This document shows positions 17,124 to 26,095 of a stretch of DNA of 64,000 nt, piece after piece. Position 1 is the first letter of the stretch; every line of letters begins with the position of its first letter. The DNA comes from a virus. Lineage: Duplodnaviria > Caudoviricetes. Under the pieces are notes generated by a model. It searched no databases, was not told where the DNA came from, and was given only the letters and a program-made list of their open reading frames with translations. Location: IMG/VR virus record IMGVR_UViG_3300031992_000019. The stretch is one strand, 5' to 3'. The translations under genes were made by a program, and so were the position numbers.

Positions 17124-17384
17124 TTATGTGTTAGAACCCGCTGCGGTGGCTCTCGTGTAGATTTCCTTGTCGAACTTCCTATCGAGCCTATCCTCTACGG
17201 GGGTGTTCTTGTTTTCCCTATCTATCGCGTTGTTTATGTTGTTGCGATACCTGTTCGCGATTCTCTCAACCCTCCTGTTCCACCTTTCTATGCGGTGTCT
17301 GTCCGCACTCTTCGGGTCAACTGGTCGGATGAGCCTCTGCATCTGCTCGAACAAGTCCCTTATGGATTTTCGTCTTGTTGCCAT
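17124..17384 (-). CDS. MATR-family basic protein
   Basis: Start reassigned to MATRRKSIRDLFEQ; ends AAGSNT. Confidence 0.87.
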   Translation of the reverse strand: MATRRKSIRDLFEQMQRLIRPVDPKSADRHRIERWNRRVERIANRYRNNINNAIDRENKNTPVEDRLDRKFDKEIYTRATAAGSNT

Positions 17385-17397
17385 ATTATTTTTTGCC

Positions 17398-17519
17398 GCA
17401 AAGATAGCCGTAAATATTCCTCTCCAATCAAAATTCTTGTCTCTCTTTGCACTTGTTTTTATTGTGCAATAATACGGGGGATTTAATTCCTCTCCTTTAT
17501 GAAATGTGCCTATCTTTGC
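17398..17519. promoter_or_regulatory. Divergent class A promoter pair sharing one box
   Basis: TATCTTTGC at 17406-17398 (-) and 17511-17519 (+); TTGCAC-N11-GTGCAA core 17449-17467 at offsets 43 and 44. Confidence 0.82.
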
Positions 17520-17532
17520 ACCAAAAAAAGAC

Positions 17533-17811
17533 ATGGTGACAGAACTAACTTTCACGAAAATAGAGAACGGGTACGAATCCCAAGTGGTAACGGTGACCAG
17601 CGACTTCAACCTCCACCTTGAAAGGGAGAATAGGGGCGCGGTGTATATCTTCCAGAAGACGGACGGAAACAAGTTCGGGTACGGCACATCGTTTGACGCG
17701 GGGAATCTATGGAAAGACCTCGACGTTGACCTTGACGCAAGACTCTATCCCAAGGACATAAAGATTGTATCTTCAAGCGCGGTATTTTACGGCAGCATTT
17801 CGCAAGAATGA
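17533..17811 (+). CDS. Hypothetical virion-associated protein
   Basis: First gene after class A promoter; beta-rich. Confidence 0.68.
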   Translation: MVTELTFTKIENGYESQVVTVTSDFNLHLERENRGAVYIFQKTDGNKFGYGTSFDAGNLWKDLDVDLDARLYPKDIKIVSSSAVFYGSISQE

Positions 17812-17975
17812 GACATCTATCGGGATATAACAAATTAGGAAGAAACCTTTCGCGGGTACTGACAAGACCAGACATCCTTCTCTCCGAACAAAAGAGGGAA
17901 AGGTTCTATCTTCTCGACTCCGAGGGGTATAGATTGAAGGATAGTGACGGAAATTATTTAATGGTAAATGGATAA
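17808..17975 (+). CDS. Small protein (55 aa)
   Basis: Hand translation ends LLDSEGYRLKDSDGNYLMVNG; overlaps both neighbours. Confidence 0.6.
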   Translation: MRHLSGYNKLGRNLSRVLTRPDILLSEQKRERFYLLDSEGYRLKDSDGNYLMVNG

Positions 17976-18288
17976 GACTCTAACACGCAAGGCTGCGGAC
18001 ATAGATAGGATTCTTTCAAAAGCCGACTCCATACAAGCCACGTATGACGGAAGTGTCTGCTCGATAACCTACAACGCGGCTAAAACCGCGATAGACAACG
18101 GAAGGGATGTGACCATAACCTACAATGGACGTAACTACATCTACTCCAAGTTCTCAAACAACACCCTTTTCTTCGTCTGCGCGGACAACAACCTACATTA
18201 TCTTACCGCCACCCAAGACGGATGGCAATCCTCGACAAGGAAACTCCTTTTTGCGGAGGACGGGGAAAACACCTATAACGACTTCTAA
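17968..18288 (+). CDS. Tail-fibre adaptor-like protein
   Basis: Ends NTYNDF, like 58230..58682 (NTFNDF). Confidence 0.65.
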   Translation: MDKTLTRKAADIDRILSKADSIQATYDGSVCSITYNAAKTAIDNGRDVTITYNGRNYIYSKFSNNTLFFVCADNNLHYLTATQDGWQSSTRKLLFAEDGENTYNDF

Positions 18289-18289
18289 T

Positions 18290-20482
18290 ATGGCAAAGGA
18301 ATTAAGAATACGCGATGAGCAAGGCAATCTGCTCTACCCAGTAACCGTTACCGACCTCGTTTTTGACGATTCTACGGGTAAAACCGCAAAGGAACAACTT
18401 GCAGAGAAGCAAGATACCATCAGTGACCTCTCCACCATTCGCAGTGGAGCATCTGCTGGTGCAACGGCATATCAAAAGCCGAGCGGAGGAATACCCAAGA
18501 CCGACCTCGCAAGTGCGGTGCAGACATCATTGGGGAAGGCAGACACGGCATTGCAAACTCATCAAGACATCAGCGGAAAGCAAGATGTCCTCGTGTCTGG
18601 AACTAACATAAAAACTGTAAACAACACTTCTCTGTTGGGAAGTGGCAATATTTCTATCCCAAAGGGAGACCCAGGAGAGGATGGTACAGATGGCGAAGAT
18701 GCCTACCAACCTTTCAAAGGTTGGTTCGATTCTTCCTCTGCCCTATCTGCGGCCTATCCTTCCCCACAGGTGGGAGATTTCGCCTATGTGAAGGGTGCTA
18801 CTTCCACTGACCCCGTTGCTATCTACGCTTGCGCTACGGCTGGCACTTGGGCAGATAGCGGAAGCGAGTTCAACCCTGCCAACAATCAAGAGTTCGGTAG
18901 CGGTGAAGCGTTGAACGTGACCAACATTGTCGATAGTCTTACTTCGACAAATGCCCACGATATTCTGTCAGCCAAGCAAGGTAATGTGCTTGACCAAAAG
19001 GTAGCCGCTTTAGGCCTGGATTTAGGTGAGGTCACTGATGTAATCAAGCCGCAGGATACGAATAATGTTTTCTACATAATTGATGGAAACGGCAATGTCA
19101 TAGCACAGATTGACTATGAAGGACTAAAGACGATAGCTTTGTTTGTCAAGAATGGAGAGGGGGAGTTGCAAAATATATTAGACCTCATCCCAGAGCCTTC
19201 ATCTTCCGACATTGCTGACATACTTTCGGATTACTATACTGCAAGCCTCAAGGTATCTGACAAGTTTGGTAATGTGATATTCAACATTGACCAAGATGGC
19301 GTTGAATACATCAGCAAGATGGGAAGTTCACACTTCCTTTACAAGAAGAAACTTGTAACTATATGTGACAGCCTTGGAGCTGCAAGTCAATGGCAGACAC
19401 GCTTGGCAAAGATAACGGGTGCAATATATGACAAGACCAAGAATGATAACAGGCACTCATTCGGAGGAACTACCACAATAAGTTCAAGCCAAGTGTGTGG
19501 TCAGGATAGGGCAAAGTTGATTGTATCTGATGAGATTGACCCCGATGTAATCATCATAGAGAATGTCAATGACAGTGCGTATATGTCAAATGTGGGGAGC
19601 GACGAAGATGTAGCCTTCTTCAAGGCATCGCAATCACTTTTGGACGTTACAAGCCAAGCATCGTCTTCTGACGCAGAAACCTATTGGACAAACAATTTCT
19701 CTACAATCGTAGGTGGCCTTACACCAACCATAGGGAAGGTAGTCGGAATCCCATTTACTCAAAGCAATGCCGTAAAGCTGACCATAACTGGAGCAGCAAC
19801 AGCAAGTGGAGAGTTCGGCATAACATTGAGTGGGACAGGCGTAGGAAAGCAGAGCATAAGCGTATCTGCTGGCGAGAGCGTTTCTTCCATCATATCGAAG
19901 ATATACGAATATGCTTGGAACAACTTTGTATGCACATATTCGAACAATGTGGTCACATTTACTCCCACATCTTCATCTGCCACTCCTACGATAACCATTG
20001 ATGCTGGAGGAACGGGAATCACCTCGACAACTGCAACAGGGCAGACTGGCAGCAATGCCGTTTGGAAGTATTTTAACAGCCACGACGCAAGTGATTGGGA
20101 TGACCCGACAAAATGGGTGGACAATATCTCTTTGTGGGCAGCATGGAAAGGTCTTGTCGAGTATCTGCAAGGCCAGTTTCCAAATGCGTATATCTATTGG
20201 TTTATCCCAAAGACCTACAATTTTGACTATACAAGCAGCTCATACAAGAGGGCTGATGGCACGATAGACTATGATAAAGTCCTTTCAGAGAAGGATTATG
20301 CAAAGTCATTGTTCACAGCGCAACTTGCATTTTGCGAATACTACCAGATACCTGTGATTGACATTCGCAACGAGAGTTGTATTACTCCTGCCAATATAGC
20401 GGAATACTGCAACGTGAACAACGTGCATCCCAAACAGGCGGCCTATGACCGATGGGCAGATGTGATTGCAAAGATTATGTAG
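18290..20482 (+). CDS. Tail fibre/spike with SGNH-hydrolase (esterase) domain
   Basis: Start MAKELRIR..YPVT; fibre repeat; collagen-like PKGDPGEDG; ICDSLG, ENVND, NNVHP blocks. Confidence 0.8.
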   Translation: MAKELRIRDEQGNLLYPVTVTDLVFDDSTGKTAKEQLAEKQDTISDLSTIRSGASAGATAYQKPSGGIPKTDLASAVQTSLGKADTALQTHQDISGKQDVLVSGTNIKTVNNTSLLGSGNISIPKGDPGEDGTDGEDAYQPFKGWFDSSSALSAAYPSPQVGDFAYVKGATSTDPVAIYACATAGTWADSGSEFNPANNQEFGSGEALNVTNIVDSLTSTNAHDILSAKQGNVLDQKVAALGLDLGEVTDVIKPQDTNNVFYIIDGNGNVIAQIDYEGLKTIALFVKNGEGELQNILDLIPEPSSSDIADILSDYYTASLKVSDKFGNVIFNIDQDGVEYISKMGSSHFLYKKKLVTICDSLGAASQWQTRLAKITGAIYDKTKNDNRHSFGGTTTISSSQVCGQDRAKLIVSDEIDPDVIIIENVNDSAYMSNVGSDEDVAFFKASQSLLDVTSQASSSDAETYWTNNFSTIVGGLTPTIGKVVGIPFTQSNAVKLTITGAATASGEFGITLSGTGVGKQSISVSAGESVSSIISKIYEYAWNNFVCTYSNNVVTFTPTSSSATPTITIDAGGTGITSTTATGQTGSNAVWKYFNSHDASDWDDPTKWVDNISLWAAWKGLVEYLQGQFPNAYIYWFIPKTYNFDYTSSSYKRADGTIDYDKVLSEKDYAKSLFTAQLAFCEYYQIPVIDIRNESCITPANIAEYCNVNNVHPKQAAYDRWADVIAKIM
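18434..18528 (+). repeat. 95-bp perfect inverted repeat, copy 1 (partner 54954-55048)
   Basis: Base-by-base identity to the reverse complement of 54954-55048. Confidence 0.9.
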
Positions 20483-20503
20483 AATTATAAATATCAGAAT
20501 ACT

Positions 20504-21349
20504 ATGGTTTTTATACTTAAAGACGCTGATTTTTCGGCAAACAATGTGGGAACGATAGAAATTCCCGTAGAGCTTAATGAAGAGACGCTGGCTATTCTTG
20601 CCAAGACAACAAAGTATAGCGAGAGTTCTTCGCAGACTTTAGCACTTGATGCGTTCATTACAGCCTTGAAGCGCAATGGCTTGTGGTCAAAGATTGCCCT
20701 ATTTGTGCCTACATTTATGGCAGCATCTACAACTGAAATGGCTTACGATGTCATCAGTGACGCATATCTTGTATGGACTAACGCTGGCACATACAATTCT
20801 GCCAATGATACCTATGCCTCTGCATCGAAGTATGGTTCTTATGTGACTATTCCGCAGTTGAAGGCCATTGACAACTTCCATTTGCATTTCAAGAAATCTA
20901 CTTGTGCATTGTCGATAGATTCCAACAAGATTAACATTGCAATAGGCCGTTACTATAACACGAACTATCCAGGTGTGAACGTGGGTACATTCAACGTGAA
21001 CAAGAACTATTACGATGCAGAATTGTCATACTACAATTATGGTAGAGGTTTGTTTAATTTGAAGTCTGCCAGTCTTGATTCTGATGGGAGTAAGTTCTAT
21101 GGCCATGACCATCAAGGCGAACTTGAGTCTTGCACATTGACACAGAGTTCGACCTATGATGCTGGAGTGGTATCTAATTACAGCCTCTCAACCAAGATGA
21201 TAATCGGTTATCATGATACAAGTGCTAAAACTATCAAGCAGGAGTTTCACATTATCGGTAACACAGCATTAACGGATTCAGAGGCTACGGCATTGATTGA
21301 GGCAGCCCACACACTGTTTATCTCGCTTGGCGGTGAAGATGACAACTAA
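20504..21349 (+). CDS. Putative receptor-binding/fibre partner protein
   Basis: N-terminal KDADFSANN motif shared with 59825..62113. Confidence 0.68.
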   Translation: MVFILKDADFSANNVGTIEIPVELNEETLAILAKTTKYSESSSQTLALDAFITALKRNGLWSKIALFVPTFMAASTTEMAYDVISDAYLVWTNAGTYNSANDTYASASKYGSYVTIPQLKAIDNFHLHFKKSTCALSIDSNKINIAIGRYYNTNYPGVNVGTFNVNKNYYDAELSYYNYGRGLFNLKSASLDSDGSKFYGHDHQGELESCTLTQSSTYDAGVVSNYSLSTKMIIGYHDTSAKTIKQEFHIIGNTALTDSEATALIEAAHTLFISLGGEDDN

Positions 21350-21366
21350 TCCAATTAGAGAAGACT

Positions 21367-21513
21367 ATGGAAGAAGATTACAAAAACAACCCCATCTATC
21401 AGCAAGGTTTGAAGGATGGCTACAAGAAGGCTCTTGCCGATTTTCGTGAAATGCTAACAAAAGTGGAGGTGAATCACGAGATTGAAATCGGTGTGGTAGC
21501 ACGAACACTTTAG
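21367..21513 (+). CDS. Small hypothetical protein (48 aa)
   Basis: YQQGLKDGY motif; hand translated. Confidence 0.5.
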   Translation: MEEDYKNNPIYQQGLKDGYKKALADFREMLTKVEVNHEIEIGVVARTL

Positions 21514-21521
21514 ATTTAAAT

Positions 21522-21662
21522 ATGGAAGAATTAACTGACTATCAAAAGGGAATGATAGATGCTGTTTGTGGCATTATCGAACTCATCTTTGAGGAGTGTG
21601 ACGAACCTGCAAGGAAAATCATCTTTGAGAAGATTGAAAAGTTCAGACCCTCACCTAATTAG
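21522..21662 (+). CDS. Small hypothetical protein (46 aa)
   Basis: MEELTDYQKG..; hand translated. Confidence 0.5.
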   Translation: MEELTDYQKGMIDAVCGIIELIFEECDEPARKIIFEKIEKFRPSPN

Positions 21663-21741
21663 AGCCCTAAAGCGGTTAGGCATCCTGCCAACTTCTTGGT
21701 AGGGGAAGCGGGGTTATAATAAACAAAAAAACTAAAAAATT

Positions 21742-22083
21742 ATGAAAGATTTAGAAAAATTAAAAATTGAACAAGTAGAGCTGAAAGAAAAGCTAATACG
21801 ACTGATTGACTTCATGAACGGCGAGGAGTTCGCTGGTCTTGATGGCACTGAAAAGGGACTTCTTGCAAGCCAGAGGGCAGGCATGGAGGTATATCTCAAT
21901 GCTCTTACACAGCGGATTTATGGGACTAATGAAGCTCGCGTGGAAACGATGCTACCCATCATGATGATGAGTCTGTTGGGTTCTCCATTTGGCGCATCAT
22001 CACAGAAGATTCCGCCTTTGCCTGAAAGCCTTGTGAGCCAACAGGCAAAAGATAGCGGCTCGCAACCATTACAGACATCGTAA
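21742..22083 (+). CDS. Small coiled-coil phage protein (crAss001_48-like)
   Basis: L..F.....F..L...E..LL..Q...M..Y...L..RI pattern. Confidence 0.65.
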   Translation: MKDLEKLKIEQVELKEKLIRLIDFMNGEEFAGLDGTEKGLLASQRAGMEVYLNALTQRIYGTNEARVETMLPIMMMSLLGSPFGASSQKIPPLPESLVSQQAKDSGSQPLQTS

Positions 22084-22177
22084 GCCCTAAAGCAGCAATG
22101 TTCAGTTGTTCACTTTTTCCGAACAAGTGGTTGGTCGGGATTCCCGACTGACCACCATAAAAGAAAACTTAAAACTT

Positions 22178-22456
22178 ATGGAAGAAAAAGAACAAAAAGA
22201 TAACCTCGAGGAATTGATTGAATCGTTAAGACCAGATGACAAAGCTCACGAGGAATGGATGCGGTCAATGCTGGAGAAACTCGCACCTCTTGACCCCAAG
22301 GAATTGGCCGACCACAATGCGAAGATTGAAGAGGTCAAGTATTGGAGGGAGTTTGAGGGTAATGTATTTCTTGAACTGCTTCGACAATATCCGCAAAATG
22401 ACATTGATGACCTGCTTAACCTGACGAAATATGTCATTGAGGTATTAAAGCGATAA
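22178..22456 (+). CDS. Hypothetical protein
   Basis: ATG after A-rich leader. Confidence 0.62.
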   Translation: MEEKEQKDNLEELIESLRPDDKAHEEWMRSMLEKLAPLDPKELADHNAKIEEVKYWREFEGNVFLELLRQYPQNDIDDLLNLTKYVIEVLKR

Positions 22457-22549
22457 AATGGCACAAGACGTTGTGCAAGTCCAAGGCGCAAGCCTTTGCG
22501 CTCAAATCGCGCCTTGGGCGATTTATAGACCCTTTTAATTAACTGATAT

Positions 22550-23257
22550 ATGATTAGCGAGCAACTGAAAAAAGATGCCGAGGGTTTCATCAAGAACGTG
22601 GAGTCCGAGGCTTACGCGAAAGCGAAAGAGGCTTTCGACAAGCAGGTAAGTGACATCATCGCCCAGCACGACAAGGAAATCGTGTTAGAGAGGGATAGGT
22701 CTTACAACGAGGGGTTCGAGGACGGCAAGAACTCCCAAGTCGAGACTCCCGAGATTTTCCCACCCGTTACCTTTGCGGACGGCACGGAGTATCTCGCGGA
22801 CGAGACGAGGCTTGTCACATCATTCACCTACTCGCGTGTGTTCAAAGCAACCACGTGGGGGACAATCATCCTCCCCGTTTCCCTTCATTATTCCGACTGG
22901 TCAAGCAAGTTCGAGATTGCGGAGATTGTGGGAGTGGAAGTAAATAATGGGAAAATCTACGCGAAGAGAAATGTCCTTGGAGTGGGGTCGCAGACTCTTC
23001 CCAACACCCCCTATCTCATCAGGGCGAAACTCACCAGCAATACCCCTCAAGCCATCACCAAGAAAAACTGCCTTATGTTCCCCGCCGAGGAAGGAAAGGT
23101 GGTGATTCAGTACAAAGGAAAGACCTACACCTTCAAGGGTTCGTATCTCACAATGACATCCGAAGACCTCGCAGGGAAATACTATTCGAGCGGAGGGTAC
23201 TTCAAGGAGGCTACCTCTATCCTTAAACCAATGCGTGTTTATCTTGAAATCGAATGA
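22550..23257 (+). CDS. Hypothetical protein with Bacteroidales surface-protein-like beta domain
   Basis: WGTIILP, PNTPYLIR, FKGSY, LKPMRVYL motifs; N-terminal coiled coil with YNEGFEDG. Confidence 0.7.
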   Translation: MISEQLKKDAEGFIKNVESEAYAKAKEAFDKQVSDIIAQHDKEIVLERDRSYNEGFEDGKNSQVETPEIFPPVTFADGTEYLADETRLVTSFTYSRVFKATTWGTIILPVSLHYSDWSSKFEIAEIVGVEVNNGKIYAKRNVLGVGSQTLPNTPYLIRAKLTSNTPQAITKKNCLMFPAEEGKVVIQYKGKTYTFKGSYLTMTSEDLAGKYYSSGGYFKEATSILKPMRVYLEIE

Positions 23258-24429
23258 TTATGAATGAGCAGATGCTTGCCCTTCTGAATAGGGCGTATGT
23301 AGAGGGCGCAACCGAATCAAAAGCCGTCTACGAAGAGAGAATCGGCAAAATCACCGCCGACCACAAGGCAGAGATGGAAACCGCCAAGGAGACCGCTTAC
23401 AGACAAGGCGTGTCGGACACATTATCGTCAGTCAACCTCAAGCCGACCACCGAGGACGAGGAGATGCCAGAGCATGACATCACCAATCCCCTTGTGAAGG
23501 CATTCTTCCTCTCTATCCCAAAGGGAGGGTATGCGCAAGACGATATTTCGAGGACGTGGTATTTCTCGAAGTTTGTCAGCGGTTCTTCAAAAAAGAACAT
23601 GGCAGACCGAGGGAATCCCTATCTCGTCTTCTGCAAGGGCGACTACCTCCTCTTGGAGAGTGCGGGCGAGAAACCCCAGACCATCCTACCCGAGAACAAC
23701 GTCTTCGCGTGCTATCTCTTGATGCCCGAGAAGGTCTATCACTGGAAGGTGTATAAGAGCAAGAAAGTCATCAAGGAGGGGTCGTTCAAGACGGTCGGGG
23801 ACATTAGGCTGATTCAAATCCCCACATGGCCTAACGTGAGGGACATCGCCTACACTCCATTGATGAAGGCTGGACTCGTCTATTCTGGTGCAAACCCTGA
23901 CAACGTGGTTGTAGGGAGCGATGACTACAATACCATAAAATACTTGGGGATTGACACGCAGATTAACCTCCGCAACCCTTCGGAGGACTCCAACACAGAA
24001 AAGCCTTGGCGACCAGACCTCTTCACCTACGGCTATGACATCATGATTGCCGACTACATCTCCGCTTTCTCGAATGCCTCGGGTATCAAGACGGCTTTCG
24101 AGACCCTTGTTTCCGAACTCGAAAATGGAAGGAAGGTTGCCTTCAACTGTTTCGCTGGCGCGGACAGGACGGGAACTTTCCGCTATCTCCTCCAAGGTCT
24201 TTGCGGTGTGCCAAGGCATATCGCCCAAGGCTATTACGAACTGACCTCGTTTATGTTCTGGGAGAACTTCAAGCGTTGGGACAAGGAGGACAAGTTCAGA
24301 GCCTTGGACAAGGAGCTTATAACGAGGTATGGCAAGGATTTCCAGTACCAGTGCCTTATGTTCTTCACGGAGGTCGCAAAAGTCCCCATCGAAAAGGTCA
24401 AGAAGTTCCAAGACATCATGAAGAAGTGA
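23254..24429 (+). CDS. Cys-dependent tyrosine/lipid phosphatase family protein
   Basis: PNVRDI, INLR, P-loop NCFAGADRTG (CX5R), YELT. Confidence 0.82.
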   Translation: MIMNEQMLALLNRAYVEGATESKAVYEERIGKITADHKAEMETAKETAYRQGVSDTLSSVNLKPTTEDEEMPEHDITNPLVKAFFLSIPKGGYAQDDISRTWYFSKFVSGSSKKNMADRGNPYLVFCKGDYLLLESAGEKPQTILPENNVFACYLLMPEKVYHWKVYKSKKVIKEGSFKTVGDIRLIQIPTWPNVRDIAYTPLMKAGLVYSGANPDNVVVGSDDYNTIKYLGIDTQINLRNPSEDSNTEKPWRPDLFTYGYDIMIADYISAFSNASGIKTAFETLVSELENGRKVAFNCFAGADRTGTFRYLLQGLCGVPRHIAQGYYELTSFMFWENFKRWDKEDKFRALDKELITRYGKDFQYQCLMFFTEVAKVPIEKVKKFQDIMKK

Positions 24430-24830
24430 GGTATCTTTTCATTCTCCTGTTTCTTCTTTCCTCCTCCCTCTATGCGCAGAGAATCTATTTGGGTACGGCT
24501 CTTCCGTTGAGAAGGACTTTCATCGGAGCGGAGGTAGGAAAGAGGATTGAAAACATCTCCATCGGTCTATCTGGGGAGATAAGTCCCACGGAGTCGAATT
24601 TGTCCCCGAAACTGAATCTTCATTTCAAAAATGTCAGTTTGGAGGGCGGTATGGGTTGGGGACATAGGTTCGGAGAGAATAACGACCACAACTACCATAC
24701 TTATACCTTGGGCGTGGTCTATGAGAGAAAGAGGTTGTTCTTCGGCACTAATATGTTCTGGCGTTCATATCAAGCGCACATCGGTTTTCATAGAGGGACT
24801 TTAAGGTTCATAATCGGAATACGGCTATAA
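24426..24830 (+). CDS. Small outer-membrane beta-barrel-like protein
   Basis: GTG start overlapping upstream stop; signal peptide ..SLYAQ; amphipathic strands; ends FIIGIRL. Confidence 0.6.
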   Translation: MRYLFILLFLLSSSLYAQRIYLGTALPLRRTFIGAEVGKRIENISIGLSGEISPTESNLSPKLNLHFKNVSLEGGMGWGHRFGENNDHNYHTYTLGVVYERKRLFFGTNMFWRSYQAHIGFHRGTLRFIIGIRL

Positions 24831-24864
24831 AAAAATACCCGTCCTCTTTTTAGGGGGCGGGTAA
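24829..24864. terminator. Terminator between convergent genes
   Basis: A-run then TACCCGTCCTCT...AGGGGGCGGGTA hairpin. Confidence 0.7.
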
Positions 24865-24883
24865 ATTGATTTATGGCAGCGAA

Positions 24884-25378
24884 TCAGTTGTTGAGCTTTG
24901 TGAGAACCACCTTGCCAAGGTCGAAGGTAATCTGCTCGCGGAAATAGGCTTCGTAGTCCTCGATGACGTTGTTGTTCTCGTCCAGAGCCTCGTAGGTGTC
25001 GGCATCGTAGTAGTGCGGAAAGACCTCTTTGCGGGTGTTCTTGTCGATGAAGTAGAAGATGGGTTCGTTCTCTTCGTCAACGAGAATCTGGGTGGACGCG
25101 CCCGTGCATTCGATAAGTGCAGCCTCGCGGTCGGGGGCATAGCCGACGTAGAGCAGCAGAAAGTCATAGTGAAGGGGCACGGTGTTGCCGTTCTCGTCTT
25201 CGATGGGGTAGCCGTCATTGTCGAACTTGATGTACTTGCGCTCGGTGCTCGGCTTGATTTCGCGGAACTCTTGAACCTTCGTCCCTGCGATAATCTGGTC
25301 GAAATACTTCTTCTTGATGATGAGGGTGAGGACAGCCTTGCCCTTCGTCACCTCTTTAACTTGGTCTTTGAAACTCAT
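24884..25378 (-). CDS. ASCH (PUA-like) domain protein
   Basis: LTLIIKKKYFDQIIAGTKVQEFREIKP; class B promoter 25414-25406. Confidence 0.82.
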   Translation of the reverse strand: MSFKDQVKEVTKGKAVLTLIIKKKYFDQIIAGTKVQEFREIKPSTERKYIKFDNDGYPIEDENGNTVPLHYDFLLLYVGYAPDREAALIECTGASTQILVDEENEPIFYFIDKNTRKEVFPHYYDADTYEALDENNNVIEDYEAYFREQITFDLGKVVLTKLNN

Positions 25379-25493
25379 AATATAAAAAGTGTTTGGTTTG
25401 ACGCCGCAAAGATATGTAATTTTATTGACATATCCAACATTTTCGCGATAATTTTAACGAATTTTAATCGAATAAGCCAATATTTAACAATCA

Positions 25494-25745
25494 TTAAAGG
25501 TCGGTGGGGTTGTTTGCCGCCAAAAAGTTGACCGCTCTCGAATAATCGGGTGCGATGTCCATCAGGTCGGGGTTGTTGTAGAATTGTTTTGATACCTTCT
25601 TGCAAGCGTGGTGCGCCAGCATCTCGGCAAAGTCACTTGAGGATTTGCTCACGATATACTCTGCCGCCTTTTCCTCGCCCAAGTTGGAAACAAGTTCCTT
25701 TAGGCATTGCGCGAAGTCAACCGATGCCTCTGCCTTAACTTTCAT
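25494..25745 (-). CDS. Hypothetical protein
   Basis: Operon continuity. Confidence 0.62.
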   Translation of the reverse strand: MKVKAEASVDFAQCLKELVSNLGEEKAAEYIVSKSSSDFAEMLAHHACKKVSKQFYNNPDLMDIAPDYSRAVNFLAANNPTDL

Positions 25746-25953
25746 AGCATCTGAACTTTCTCACCTTGAAGATTTCCTTGACCTTCCCCTCCCTATGAAG
25801 TTCTTTCAACAGTTTTAGGAAGCACTTGATTTTAGACCTGTCCTTCACGTAGGCAATCATATCAATGTCCCCGATGTCGGTGGTGTCATTTTTTGAGTCC
25901 CAGATGCCCATATACCACATCCCGACAATCTTTTCCGAATAGAAGATGTTCAT
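25735..25953 (-). CDS. Hypothetical protein
   Basis: Operon continuity. Confidence 0.62.
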   Translation of the reverse strand: MNIFYSEKIVGMWYMGIWDSKNDTTDIGDIDMIAYVKDRSKIKCFLKLLKELHREGKVKEIFKVRKFRCYES

Positions 25954-25954
25954 A

Positions 25955-26095
25955 TCAAAATATAGTTAGTTGTTGTTTTTCTTGCTCTACGCGCGAGGTC
26001 AGTTTGTATGGAGGGTCGGTGACTACCAAATCCACACTTCCGTCTTGGAGAGTGGACATAAATTCAACGCAGTCCACGTTAAAGATTTCATTCAT
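25955..26095 (-). pseudogene. Internally deleted amino-methyltransferase remnant (46 aa)
   Basis: MNEIFNVDCVEFM..DLVVTDPPY fused to QQLTIF; paralogous to the start of 26088..26726. Confidence 0.68.

Noticed and set aside
2070-17384. CRISPR-like or DNA repeat array suggested by recurring GTTGCCAT
   Set aside because: The recurrence is the reverse complement of ATG GCA AC (MAT), varies at synonymous positions, and the spacers are full ORFs.
4479-18289. Extended starts in the ORF track (4826, 16012, 17687, 18125)
   Set aside because: They run through promoters or neighbouring genes; internal MPTR/MATR/MAKEL starts fit the family and spacing.
21590-22096. Classic shufflon with silent alternative fibre tips behind the inverted CCTAAAGC sites
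   Set aside because: Reading the minus strand from these sites in the fibre frame hits a stop immediately (21660) or within about 45 codons.
23686-25531. ORFs 23686..24411 (-) and 24866..25531 (+)
   Set aside because: Antisense to the phosphatase and ASCH genes.
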